Source: Octopus vulgaris
Taxonomy: Eukaryota
DNA: 64,000 nucleotides
Direction: 5' to 3'
Assembly: GCA_951406725.2 (NCBI GenBank)
Contig: OX597815.1
Span: 165,850,001 to 165,914,000 of the forward strand
Positions 40,671 through 53,854 of the stretch are shown here, one piece after another. Numbering within the stretch: the stretch's first letter is position 1; each line of letters starts with the position of its first letter. The notes under the pieces were generated by a model. That model had not been told where the DNA came from and made no database searches. It was given only the letters and a program-made list of their open reading frames with translations. A program made the position numbers and the translations under genes.

Positions 40671-41388
40671 GTACAGTTCCAATTGATTTCTTTCTTGGAT
40701 TCTTCTGTCTTTTACTAACAAGAAATTACTGCTCAATGAGTAAATTGCTCAAAGGTATGAATGAGAAAAACTAAGGAAGAAACTCAACATAAATGAATTA
40801 GCAACAGATGGAATAACAAAGTTCATATAAGATTACCCATAGATGAACAGAAGTGAGTTTGGATAGGAGTTTTTTTATCCTTTATCTTTTACATGTTTCA
40901 GTCATTAGACTGTGGCCATGCTGGGGCACCACCTTGAATTTATTTTAGTCAAATGTATTGACCTCAGAGCTTCTTTTTTTTAAGCGTGTCATTTATTCTA
41001 TTGGTCTCCTTTTCCAAACCTCTAAGTTATGGGTACATAAACACATCAACACCAGTTATCAAGCTGTGATGGGAGTCAAATACAGACTAAGAAGTCACAT
41101 ATATATATATATATATGATGGGCTTCTTTCAGTTTCTGTCTACCAAATCCACTCATGAGGTTTTGGTCAGCCCAAAGCTATAGTAGAGGCTACTTGCCGA
41201 AGGTAACATGCAGTGGGACTGAACCTGGAGCCATTTGGTTGGGAAGCAAGCTTCTTACCACACAGCCATGCCAGCACCTAGGTGTTTGCTGAATTAAGTT
41301 GTTTTATTGGGCCACATTTAAAAATTTTAACTTCTCTTGTTGAAGTCTGATAGCTTTTAAAAACCTATTATTTCATTTCTTTCACCAG

Positions 41389-41458
41389 AGGGTCTTGCAG
41401 TTGGAGTAGGCTTTGGTGCAATTGGCAAAAGCAAATCTGCAACATTTGAAAGTGCAAG
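41389..41458 (+). CDS. SLC39A11: ZIP11 exon (70 nt)
   Basis: (E)GLAVGVGFGAIGKSKSATFESA(R); completes the HNIPEG metal-site motif of TM4; phase 1/2. Confidence 0.96.
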
Positions 41459-44436
41459 GTATGTATATTTTTCTTTACTTGTTTTTGTCATGGTGGTGGT
41501 GGTGGTGGTAGTTTCTTTGTCTGTTTGATAATTTTTTCCTGCTGGTGTAGAACAATAGTTTTTTGTAAGTTTGTCCCATTTGCGTAATAGTGGGACAAGT
41601 TAAGGCTTCTGGTAGAAATGATGTGTGACTCTCTGGAGAGCAAACGTTCATAAAATCAAGGCACCGCTACAATGAGGTAGATTGTCAGAATAAAAATAAA
41701 ATGTTATGCAAGACAATGAAAAGACCTGATAAATAACAACCTCAGAACTAACAAGTGGTAACATGTTGTGAACTCTCTTTCTCTCTCTCTCTCTCACACA
41801 TACACACACGCACACACAATAAGCCACAATGGGTAATGTAGTTTGGGATATGCTATGTTTGGGAAAAAAATGATGGAATGGTCATGACTGGAATGTCTGC
41901 TTCAATGAAGGCTGACTTTGTACAAAAACTGTAAAGAATCTTCAACATTTGCAGTTTATTCTTTAAACAACTGATTTACAGTACTTTTTTTGTTTTATAC
42001 AAGAACAATATTATAATATTGTTGTATTTTGGAATGGTCATTTTGCCAGTTTAGCCAATAAAAACACACGCACTATATATTTGGTGTTACTTTGCTTCAG
42101 TGTTATTTATTTTTTACATTAATCTTAATCTTATTTCGGCCAGAGTTCTTATTGAATAGCAGGGTGTGACTCATGGTTCATGGAAGTTTTCTGTGATGAG
42201 AAAGCCTAATGGTTTGAATAAAACTGGTGTATGGATGTGAAGAGTGGAGTGTTGCAGTCTCATTGACGAGGTTGTGTAGATAAGTAGGAAGTTTGAAATG
42301 TTTATGTTCACGAGGGGCAATACTAAAGCAAAAGATGTGAGTGCAATTAGTCGAAATAATTTACAGCAAGAAAGTTCTAAAGAGAAGAATCCATTAGACT
42401 TAGTAAAAGGGGTACTAATGTACATAATGTAGTAAGCCAAGGAATTTAATTAATTAAAATGACACTCTTAGTGAGGCGAAGAAATATCATCTCAAATACT
42501 AATTAAGAACAAGAAAGGCAGGGGAGATAACCCTGAATTTAAGTAGATTAAATAAAGAATTCAAATCCCACCATGGCCTACATTGGTAACAGACTTAATC
42601 TGTCACCATATTTAACACCATCATATGATACCTTTGTTAACTTCAGCAGGGTCGAGTCTTTGGCAAGCAACTGGACCCTTTTGTTGGTTTAGTATACCTC
42701 CTACCAGTCTTGGAGACTCTGTAAAGGACTATGGGCATTGCTTTCCCTTCTAAAAAAGATTTTTAAAAAGCAGGAGAGTGAGTCTCATCGTTAGCAAAAC
42801 AGTGACAAATTTGAACATGTATCAATCAACCTTATTACACCTCATCACTGTAGTATAGTGTAACTAATAATGCCAAATCTTAGAAGGATTAGAGTGAATA
42901 TAAATTCCAGTGACATGATAATTTTTACAGACTGACTGGGAGAAATTACTTAGGAATGCCTGCTGCATAAAAATTTAGTAAGCAGAGATTACTGAGTGTT
43001 TTTGTTTTTTGAAGGCACCAGCATTAGTGAGTTCACCTTTTTGATTATGTGGAACTTTAGTAGAGAGGTGGGGCTGGTTTATGCTTGCTATTGAGAGGCT
43101 AAAGTATATTAGAGGGTCAAGAACAGGTTTCTTGCTGTAGTGGAATTTTCTCGTACCACAAAAACTAATGAAGATTGTCTTGTAGCCTGCAAAGGCTTCA
43201 GTTGGTCCCTATAATTGAAGTAAAATAGATGATAGAGTAGGTGACAATTCTTGGGATGAGAAATGGTAAAGGGAAAAGAGAGAGGGAAGAGACTATTGAC
43301 AGTGGCTATTAAGAAGAAGGGAAGGATAGAATTGAAAGGTAAAATGCCACTGTCCAAATATGAATGAGAATTACTCCATTTAAGGGGCACATTTGAACCT
43401 TTTACAATCAGCATTTGCACAAAACTGAATCTATTTACCTCAAAATGGAAACCAAGAGTCTTCCTCATGTGAATTTGAAAATGTTAGAAATATAAGACTT
43501 TCATAAGAGGTGATTTAAGATACTGACCCTACTCAACATAATTTTTAACTTTAAATTTATGTCCATCTTCCATACTGGCATAGGTTGAATGTTTTGATGG
43601 TTTGTCAGGATCCAACAATTCAAAGAACTGCATTGAGCTCCAATATCTACTTTGGCATGGTTTCTATAGTTTGATGCCCTTCACTATATCAACTGATTTA
43701 CAAAGTCTACTGGATGCATTTTGTTGGGTACCAGCACTAGTGAGTTTACCCCTTTGCCTGAATAAAAATGTAGCAGAGAGAGATGGGGTAGTGTTATGCA
43801 TGCTGTTGAGAGGTTAAATATGATAGAGATATGGGAACAAGTTTCTTGCTGTAGGGGAGCTAAATGGCTACATTATATAAGAGTGGATGGGTGGGAGTTG
43901 CTGGGAAGACAGATAGAGATGGTGGTAATGAAGTATCAGCATATATCTTAAAGGTACAAGAAGGTGAGGAAAAGAGAAAATAGAGACAGAAGATCAGGAA
44001 GGGTAGATAGGGAAAGTTTGCAAGTGTGTAGGAGGTAAATGACAGTTAGTGATGGGAAAGAGGTTAATGCAGTAAATGGTGAACAGTTATAAAGGCATGG
44101 TCAATGATAAATATGAGTTGAAGGAAAAAAAATTATGAGAAATAGAAGAGGCTCAGGTGAGACAAAGTGTTGTGTGGTAGTGTGCAGAAAAGGTAAATAG
44201 TAGAAGAAGAATCTTCTCTACAATAGGCACAGGGCTTGAAGTTTGGAGTGGAATGGCATTGTTGATTACATCAACCCCAGTTCTCAATTGGTTCTTATTT
44301 TATCGATCCCACTGTAAAAGAATAGCAAAAAATGAAAGGCAAAGTCGACTTTGGTTTGAACTCAAACAGAAGAATAGCAAAATAATAAATTGTAGATAGA
44401 TAAGATATTGTATTATTCAGGGAAAATGTGTGTGTA

Positions 44437-44474
<38 letters not shown>

Positions 44475-44603
44475 ACAGCTTTCTTGGAAATAAAGTTTGT
44501 ATTTCACCATCATTAAACATTATCAGTTTATCTAAATAGTTTTCAGGTTTCTCTTCAATTTATTTATTTTATATAATTTTTGTTTAACTTTTTTTTTTTT
44601 CAG

Positions 44604-44702
44604 AAACTTGGCTATAGGTATTGGAATACAGAATTTTCCTGAAGGTTTAGCTGTTAGCTTGCCCTTACGTGGTGCTGGCTTTTCAATGTTGAAAGCTTTC
44701 TG
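44604..44702 (+). CDS. SLC39A11: ZIP11 exon (99 nt), TM5
   Basis: [32 protein letters not shown](W); QNFPEG motif; poly-T + CAG acceptor, GTAAT donor; phase 2/2. Confidence 0.96.
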
Positions 44703-45105
44703 GTAATGAACTTTTTATGTTTTTGTTCTTCATAACTTCAATATTTAGTAGAATATTAAAAGTTTTCTGTGTTTTATTTATTTTTTTTATTTTGATGCTG
44801 TAATATTAATATTCAGAGTTTCTGCTATGCACAAAGCAATCTAGATAAATTACCTGAGCTCTGAAACCAGGGGTTGGAGTGGTGATTGGATGGGCTTTCA
44901 TTACTCTGACTCTGAACATCTTTTTTATCTTACTCATTTCAATCATTACACTGTGACCGTGCTTGAAGAATTTTTTAGTCAAATGAATTGGTCCTCCTAC
45001 TTTTTTCTTTAAGCCTGGTACTTATTTTATTGGTCTCGTTTGCCAAAGTGTAAGCTCACCAAAACTGATTGTGAAGCAGTGGTGGGGGACAAACACACAC
45101 ACACA

Positions 45106-45149
<44 letters not shown>

Positions 45150-48100
45150 TGATGGGCTGCTTTCATTTTCCATCAACCAAATTCACTCACAAGGCCCAAA
45201 GCTTTAGTAGAAGACACTTCCCCAAAGTGCCATGAACCCAGAACCATGTAGTTTGGAAGTAAGCTTCTTACCACACAGCCATCTCTTGGGCAAAATTTCT
45301 TAATCCAATTAAAAAATTTCAAATTTTACTAACGAGGAGAGCAAGCAAGATCATTTCTGGTTTACAGGAAGATAGAGGTTGGTGGGCAGCTAGGATAGAC
45401 TGGATAGGGCCTTTTGGTGTTAACACTTGTCACATTATTTGGCAAGAGAAATATTTAAAATTTTGTCAAGTAACAATTTTATTTGTTGATATATGAGCAT
45501 AAAGTTATAGAATTCTTGTGTGTAATTAATTATTATATTTTTCAGCTGCATTTTTCAGCTGCTGTAAAATAGGATGGTAGCTGGAGGAAGTTGCATAATA
45601 AGATAAAGGCAGCAAGCTGGCAGAAACGTTAGCACGCCAGGCAAAATGCTTAGCGGTATTTCGTCTGCCGTTACATCCTGAGTTCAAATTCCACCGAGGT
45701 CGCCTTTGCCTTTCATCCTTTCAGGGTTGATAAATTAAGTACCAGTTACGCACTGGGGTCGATGTAATCGACTTAATCCCTTTGTCTGTCTTTGTTTGTC
45801 CCCTATTTAGCTCCTTGTGGGCAATAAAGAAAAAAAGAAAAAAAAATGATAGAGAAAGGATACACTCTCTGAGACTGACAGAAGGGGTACATATTTTAAT
45901 ACTGGCCCAAAGTGGCCCATACCTTGGTACTGGTCTTTGTTATATTATCCAGTTGGCAATGTTAACCAAATAGAAATTTACATTTGTGATATTGCATGGT
46001 CATTGTTGCTGTGGTGGTAGCTTGTTACTGGATGTTGTGTTGTTGAAGATCATCATAGTGTGGTTAGATGGTTGTGCATATAATTAATAAAGCAGCTCAT
46101 GGAATTTTAACTTTTAACATATTTATTGCTGGAGATGATTTACTTCATCAGCTGTTTATAGAAGAAAGATGCTGATAATGTAACCACCGACTGGGAGGAG
46201 AGAATTACACTGGCTTGTACAAGGATAGTTGTGGTACATCGTAAGTGTCTGGAGTCATCTAGGTGGTTTGTCTGAGAGCCTGAGGTGGTCCAATCAAAGC
46301 AGCCTGTCTTCTGTGAGGGCCCAAGGTGGACTGTGAAAGCCTGAGGCTGTCTGTGTACAAATACCTGAGGCCTTCTGGCTGAGTTAAGTGCCAGACTTGA
46401 AAAGGATGAAAAGGAAGTGAATTTTAGATCATCTGAGGAGCCATGCCATCCCGCAGCTTCACACTGATTGGTTTATTTGTAGATCAATCGCATGGAACTG
46501 TGGTGGCTCACTCAGAATCCTTAACTGAATATCTTGCATTTGGGGTTTGAATCCCTACATTTGTATAGATTTCAGATCGAGTAAGCAGAACAAAGAATGG
46601 ATTAAATATAGAAAAAGCGTTTAGTGTATGTGTCCAGCTCAGTTAATATCATGCTACTGTCAACTTTCATTGTTTCAGATTTAATCAAATTAGTAACTGT
46701 AATTTATTTCATTCTATTGAATGAACTAAAATCATCTCTTTTAATGATAATTTCAATTTTTGCTACATGACCAGCTATTTCGAGGGCGGGGTTGAGTCGG
46801 TTACATCGACCCCAGTGCTCAACTAGTACTTATTTTATCGACCCTGAAAGGATGAAAGGCTAAGTCGACTTTGGCGGAATTTGAACTCGGAATGTAAGGA
46901 CTGATGAAATGTCGCTAAGCATTTTGCCCGGCATGCTAACGATCGTGTCAGCTTTGCGCCTTAATCATCTTCTTCAATGTTGATGTTACAACTTACGAAG
47001 GGAGATCAGTAGTTTACGGAAGCTGAGCATCGGAGATGATGGATTACGTAATAAAAAAAAAGCAGTATTTCGTTTCAATCGACTTCATTCTCAGTTCACA
47101 GTCTGCCGGGGGAAAAAAATCTTTGTTTTTCATCTCATTGGTAGCGATAAATATCAGTAATATTTTATTCGGAAGTCAAGGATGGTGGATTGACAAAAGT
47201 CGTCTAGTAGCGGAGAAAATGTATCACCTGCAGTTAGTTATGGACGCTCAACGAACCGTAATCAAATCACACCGAGATCTGCATTGGTTTTCATTCTTCT
47301 GAGTATCGATAAAATTAAGAATGAATTTATGGCTCAATGTCTGTGTAAACAAAAAAACAATCAATATTCTATTATAGAGTCGATTAGAAAATTTCTTTTT
47401 CTCATACGTTTTGCCTTAAACCGAAATCAAAACAGAATATTTTACCCAAGGGAGGTAATAAATAGTCATTGGGAGTTACCTTTCTTACATTGTTTATATT
47501 TGATAAAATAGCTCGTGATATATTAATTAATAACAGAATGATAATTTAGTGAGTCAATGATTAGTGTTAAATAATTTTACTGATGACTTACGAATAAAAA
47601 ATTATTAATGTTTATGAAATAGATCCACTGGGTTAACGATTGATGACACTTGGCAAACTGTTTAATGAATCATAGATTAGTAAAGTGCAAATGATTTTAT
47701 TATTAACTGTTAGTCAATTGAGCCAACGTTATCATTCATTCAGAAATTCAGCACATCGATAGGTTAGAGAGTACAGATAATATATACATTGATTAATCTT
47801 CTCAATGAAAGCTTACAAATGCTATAAACAGAATACTGCTTAACTATTTTATTTTCTTTCTTTTAGAAGTAGAATAACTTGGGGAACCTACTGAAAACAT
47901 TATCCCCTATCTCTATGATCGATCTACATAATTAAGGAGGAAGGTTTCTCTCTCGCTTTTTTAATTAAAAAATAAACCCCATCAATGGCTGTATGAAATT
48001 GTAGCATGGTTGTGATGGAAAACTTGTCGGTTTATATATATCATTCATTGCTATGTTATTACAAGGCGTTCATGCAGTATAGACAGAGTCAACCTTATGT

Positions 48101-48620
48101 GTGAACATCGTGTTCTACTGGTGCTGAGGTTCTTCAACAGAAATTCAATAATTAGGCAGATTTTTCATATTGATGCCTATTCATGTGGCCATGTTGATTC
48201 TTCATCCGTCTCTGTGTTGAGTATAGAGGTGTGAAAACAGCTATTAGTACTGTCATGCTGGTTTGAGTATAGAGCTGTGAAAACAGCTATGATTGAGAGA
48301 GAATTTCATCCCAAACCGAACTCACTGGGGTCTGAGCTTACTCTACTTTTTTCTCACTAAAAATGCTGTATTTGTAGTCTCTGTTCATAGAACGTTCTAG
48401 TGATTGCTGCCAGACTGTCATGTGAACAATAACTTCTGATTGGCTGAAATAAGGTCTGCACACATGATAAACTCGTAATTCACATATGGTCGAAAGTGGG
48501 GTTGAAATCAACTGTTATAAACTATTGTGTATCAAGGAATGATTGCTATTATGCTCTTTATTGTCTTCATTCACAACCACAATGCTAATTATGTCATTCT
48601 AATTGTATTTCATCATACAG

Positions 48621-48779
48621 GTATGGTCAGCTAAGCGGTATGGTAGAACCCTTAGCTGGACTCTTTGGTGTTCTGGCAGTATCAATTGCTGAACCATTAC
48701 TTCCTTATGCACTGGCTTTTGCTGCTGGTGCAATGATATATGTTGTATTTGATGACATTATTCCAGAAGCTCAGCAGTG
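48621..48779 (+). CDS. SLC39A11: ZIP11 exon (159 nt), TM6-TM7
   Basis: YGQLSGMVEPLAGLFGVLAVSIAEPLLPYALAFAAGAMIYVVFDDIIPEAQQ; GTAAGT donor; the terminal TM8 exon was not found in the window. Confidence 0.96.
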
Positions 48780-48922
48780 GTAAGTAACTGTTTTATTATA
48801 TGAAAACACAAACGTTTTGTTTATTGTGTTATCTAATGTATAATTAAATTTGAAAATATTCAAACTGCACATCAAGTTAAGCTCAAAGTGAAATGTTATC
48901 GTATATTGATTGATAATGTATG

Positions 48923-48956
<34 letters not shown>

Positions 48957-49833
48957 CTATTATGCAAAAGTGACATAAATCTAAAACTTTGCTTTTTTAG
49001 AAAACAAAAAAATAGTTTCACCATTCCTTTTCTTTTTACATTAGCAACAGTTTCAGCTTAACAATAATTCTTTGTTGGGTGCATAAAATCTTAACTCCAT
49101 GCATATATGATATTTTCAGCCAGAAATATTTTTGCAAAACTGTTGTATGTGGGGCTTACTACACCTTTGAAAAATGCTCAACCATTGTACTACACTTTGT
49201 TAATTTTCATCTGAAGCAGCTGGAGATATGATAATTTGACCAAAAGTTCTGGCTATTGCAAACAAAATTATCTATTGAAAAAATGCATTTGGCCAAATTT
49301 GGACACACAACAGTTTAACATAACAGAGAGAGAGAGAGAAAAACATGTTGGGAATTATGGTTCCACGTGTTGAAATGTACATATATATATATTTGAAACT
49401 CCCAATATATATTTATATGTTGCAAGTTTTAGACCACCCTTTTATATCTAGATTTCTGAAATTTTTTTATTGCTGTACTTGCTAGGCTACGTACCTTAAA
49501 AAACATGATAAATTTGACTTTTGATAAAATATCAAGCAAATCATGTTTTCTATTCACAGCACATTTTCTATATGTCCATAAAATTAGAAAATTGTTTGGA
49601 AAAAGAAACTCAACCAATCATTTTCTTTATTAGTAGTCACTCCATTCTAAATATATCATGCACTATTTTTCTTTTTCTAAATTTGGGCTTCTACTTATAT
49701 TAAATTTTATATTCTTTTTAAGTTAAGAATCCTGTTGAATATCATATTAAATTATCACCTAATTAAATTATAACCAGACTTGTACATTTTGTTTGTATCG
49801 AAGATATTTTTTTAAAATAAGTTTTTGAAAGTA

Positions 49834-50395
49834 CGAGGGTGAGTCAAAAATGCCGTTCTGTTTAGGACAGGTATAATTACCAACACAGGAACATGTATCA
49901 TACATCAAAATGAAGCTGGTCCTCTGTGAATCACATCTCTACTTCTCAACATAGTCACCATTTCTCTCAATAGCAATGTTCCACCTTCGAATGAGAGCAT
50001 GTGTCTCTGCTCCGTAAAATTCTGTTGACTGTTCTTTGAGCCACTTCTTCACTACAGTTTTCACTTCCTCATCACTGGACTATCATCGTCACTGGACTAT
50101 CATCTCTTCGGCCCCATGAAAGAGAGTTTGAGAGGCAAGCATTATTCCAGTGACGAGGAAGTGAAAACTGTAGTGAAGAAGTGGCTCAAAGAACAGTCAA
50201 CAGCATTTTACGGGGCAGGGATACATGCTCTCATTCGAAAGTGGAACATTGCTATTGAGAAAAGCGGTGACTATGTTGAGAAATGGGGATGTGATCCACA
50301 GAGGGCCAGCTGCATTTCGATGTATGATACATGTTCCTGTATTGGTAATTATACCTGTCCTAAACAAAATAGCATTACCTTTTGACTCCCCCTCG
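49834..50395. mobile_element. Fold-back (palindromic) mariner-derived MITE
   Basis: TA flanks at 49832-3 and 50396-7; CGAGGG termini; arms of about 245 bp (49834-50079 and 50146-50395); contains the transposase C-terminus DYHLFGPMKESLRGKHYSSDEEVK...GDYVE. Confidence 0.9.
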
Positions 50396-53300
50396 TATAT
50401 ATTCTATGAATAACAGTTAATTATATATGAGTCCTTTGAAAAGTTTCTTGCTTTACCACATCACTTATACTGGTAGCCACTTTACTGTTATGTTTTTGTG
50501 CTTCTTTCCTTGTCATTCTTTCTAATATTTAAACCATTCTCTGTTTTTTCATGGAATTCCTATCTATTTCTCTAATTGTGTAACATCTCAGTAACAGTTA
50601 CACTATGCTTCACTGATAAGGTTCTGTTAGACTGAAACATGTCCACCGTTTCCATTATATTACTAAAGGTCTGACTTATTCTCCATTGTATTCTCTAATT
50701 AATTCTTTGTAATAAAAATTCCAGGATTTTCCCCACTCCTGCCCTTTATAATACTAAAATTAGTCATCAAAAAATTGACTACTATTGTCAGTAAATTTTT
50801 TACCTCTTACTTGTTCCTGTAATTGGACTGTGGCCATGCTATTGCACTATCTTGAAGGTTTTATTAAATAGACCTCAGTTCTTATTTTAAGTCTGGTACT
50901 TATTCTGTCAGTCTCTTTTGTTGGATCATTAAGTTATAGTGATGGAAACAAACCACACTGGTGGTCAAGCAGCATGCCACATGCCCACATAAGATATATA
51001 TATATATATATATAATAGTCTTCAATGCCATTTCTATCTACCAGTTGCTATCTGCAGTTTCTATCTGACTCACAAGGCATTGGTCTACTTCGGGCTATAG
51101 TAGAAGACACTTGCTCAAGGTACTGTGCAATGGGACTGAAACTGAAATGACATCTTGAACATATAAATTAGTATTAAATCAAGTATTAAATCTTGGAGTA
51201 TTAAATCAAGTATTGTGTCACTCAGTTTGTTATTCTATTTGTGAGGCTGCCTTCAAAGATCAGAGATTGTGAGATCTAGAATTTAAATCAAATTAGAGGG
51301 GTCATAGTTGCGGGCTGCACTCAAGAAAATACCCCACTAACTATCTTTCTCTACTCCACATGCCATAACATCGTTTCACGTTCTTAACAAATGTTAAACC
51401 TTGTCATGTGTTTCTTATAGATTAAGACAAATGCCTATGAAGAAATGATTTGAGGAATTTGATGAGTTAAGGAGCAAACTGTTTGTAGGTAATGGAAGAG
51501 ACATTGTAATAACTGGTCAGTTAGTGATTTCAAGTAATTGCATAGGATTTTGCATTTGGTAAATATGTATATACAGTGTTGTGACAAGTGGAATAGAGGA
51601 AGATAGTTTGGGAAATGCTTTGTTTTCATTGTGCAAGTGTGTGTGCATGCATGTGCATGTTAGTCATGGGTCAGATAGGATTTTATTGAGGCAGATTTTC
51701 TACAGCTAAATGTCCTTCCTGTTGCCAACTCTTACCTGTTTCCAAGCAAGGTAATATGGCCAGGTTTTTGTGGAATATTGGAAATGAATGTACAGTGCAA
51801 GACATTTGCTACTGTAGAAGACACTTGCCCAAGGTGCTATGCAGTAGGACTGAACCTGAAACCATGTGGCTGGCAATCAAGCTTGTCAGACTTTATTTAA
51901 GAGAGAAGGTAACATATTTGGTTGAGTAGTAGTATTTAGGAGGACTCTACTAAGTTTACTCACTCAGCTGAAATATTTCAGTGAAAGACTAGAAATTGAA
52001 AGTCCATCTGTAATTTGAGAGGCAACATATCCTTAACATAGATAGGATTGCATCTCAATGACTGGTCCTTCTCTTCAGCCCTCACCAATTATCAATTATT
52101 CACAATACTCAGTTGCAGAGCACTTTCCAGACTGCATCCAGGTAAGGGTAATCTGTTTGTTTAACATAAAGTCATTCACAGACACTCCAGCTCTTGGTCC
52201 ACAGCTGTACTATCTCCTTTTTTCTATCTTGTCTATTGCTAATATAATGACCTCTGCCTCTCAAAGCTGGCTAGGTTCATATTATCCCCATCCAGATACT
52301 CTTCCTCCCAATATTCTTGTTGTGTCCAGCACCCCAGGTCTTGCACTAATCAATAAGCCCAGTCTTTCCTTTCCAGAACACCAGCCTTCTGGAATTCCCT
52401 TCCTGCTCATATCTTTCCTGTAGGCACTCTTATAAAGGTTCAAGAGGGACATTAGTACTGTAATTCTCATCAGCCTAGGAAGGACAGCAGAGGCCATGAG
52501 CATATTCCTTCTTCCAACCCATTGAAAAAAATAAATATTCACATGCGCATGTGCCCATGCACACACACACACACACACTGCATTATTTTCCAAAGTACTG
52601 CCTTTGCTGCACATAATCTCAATTCCCAACCTAATACTACCATACTGTCTTAACAGACAGTTTTACTATCATCTTGCATACTCTGAATGCTACTAAATCT
52701 CACCAACCTTCACACTAAGTATTCTAATTCTTCATTATTATCTTCAATATAGACACTGAACCTTCTTTACCTCCATCGCCCATCATGGACTTACTGGCAT
52801 GTCACCACAAATCTTGCCATAATGGGGACTCTTATCACCACTATCCATCATATCTTTGGAAGGTCGCCACATTCACTATGAAAACAGTGCAATTTCAACC
52901 CCCTACCTACTGTCCTCACATTCAAAATTCCTTTATCAGCAAAAATGCACAAGACTTACTGACTGTTACATCACCATAAACTATACTAGACATATCCCTC
53001 ACATGTTGCTAACATCAATACACTAGGCATGTTGCTCTCCTTGACCATTAGATATGCTTCTAATAACCTCCAATAGACATGCTGCTTACATTCTCTCTAT
53101 TAATTATGCTGCTAACAGTTTCCAACTTTTCACATTTATTGATTACTCTGTAGGTTTGCAATCTTTGAATGTGAATAAAGAATGAACATATATTTACTAG
53201 CAATGAAACAAAATACGTCTGCAGTCATCTCCCTTGAATCTACTCTGCCTTGCTTTATATGTGGTTGTAGATATTGTTTCAATGTAATTTGACATAGGCA

Positions 53301-53854
53301 GGAAGCTCTGTTTTATAGAATGGTATTGAAAAGTCCTGCAATATCTGTAGCAAAACTGAAACCAAGTTGTGGATTTGGGTGTGAAAACTGTACAGCATGA
53401 TATGCTGTTTTAACCAGCAGGGAAGAGAAACCAAACCTTGAATTCTTTTTACAGATGTTGTACCCCTGTACTTAATAGTCTACTTACAGTTTCATTCATT
53501 GCATAATATGATACAAAAACATCAGCTTATAAAGAAATACTTACCAGCAGAATGTAATCCTTTGGTAACTTGCAGATTACAGTTAACTTTAAATTGCAGA
53601 GTTCTTTGATAATTTCACTGTTCACACAAAATTACGTCAACGTTCTTTTTTTATGATCTCTTGAGATGTTTTTTTGATATTTTTCTAGTACCAGGAGTGG
53701 CTGTGTGGTAAGTAGCTTGTTTACCAACCACATAGTTCCGGGTTCAGTCCCACTGCATGGCACCTTGGGCAAGTGTCTTAATAATATAATAATAATAATA
53801 ATAATTGTGTACAGTGCTCAGGTGCACTACAACTCATCTAAAGTGTATATATAA

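Noticed and set aside
50610-50645. CTGATAA..GAAACATGTC hammerhead-like remnant
   Set aside because: G8 is lost and stem I cannot form; at most a decayed Penelope relic.
51488-51562. GNGR...CIGFCIW as a possible last ZIP11 exon
   Set aside because: Wrong phase for the upstream TG| donor, and no LASW/GF.VMM.LDV.LG motif.
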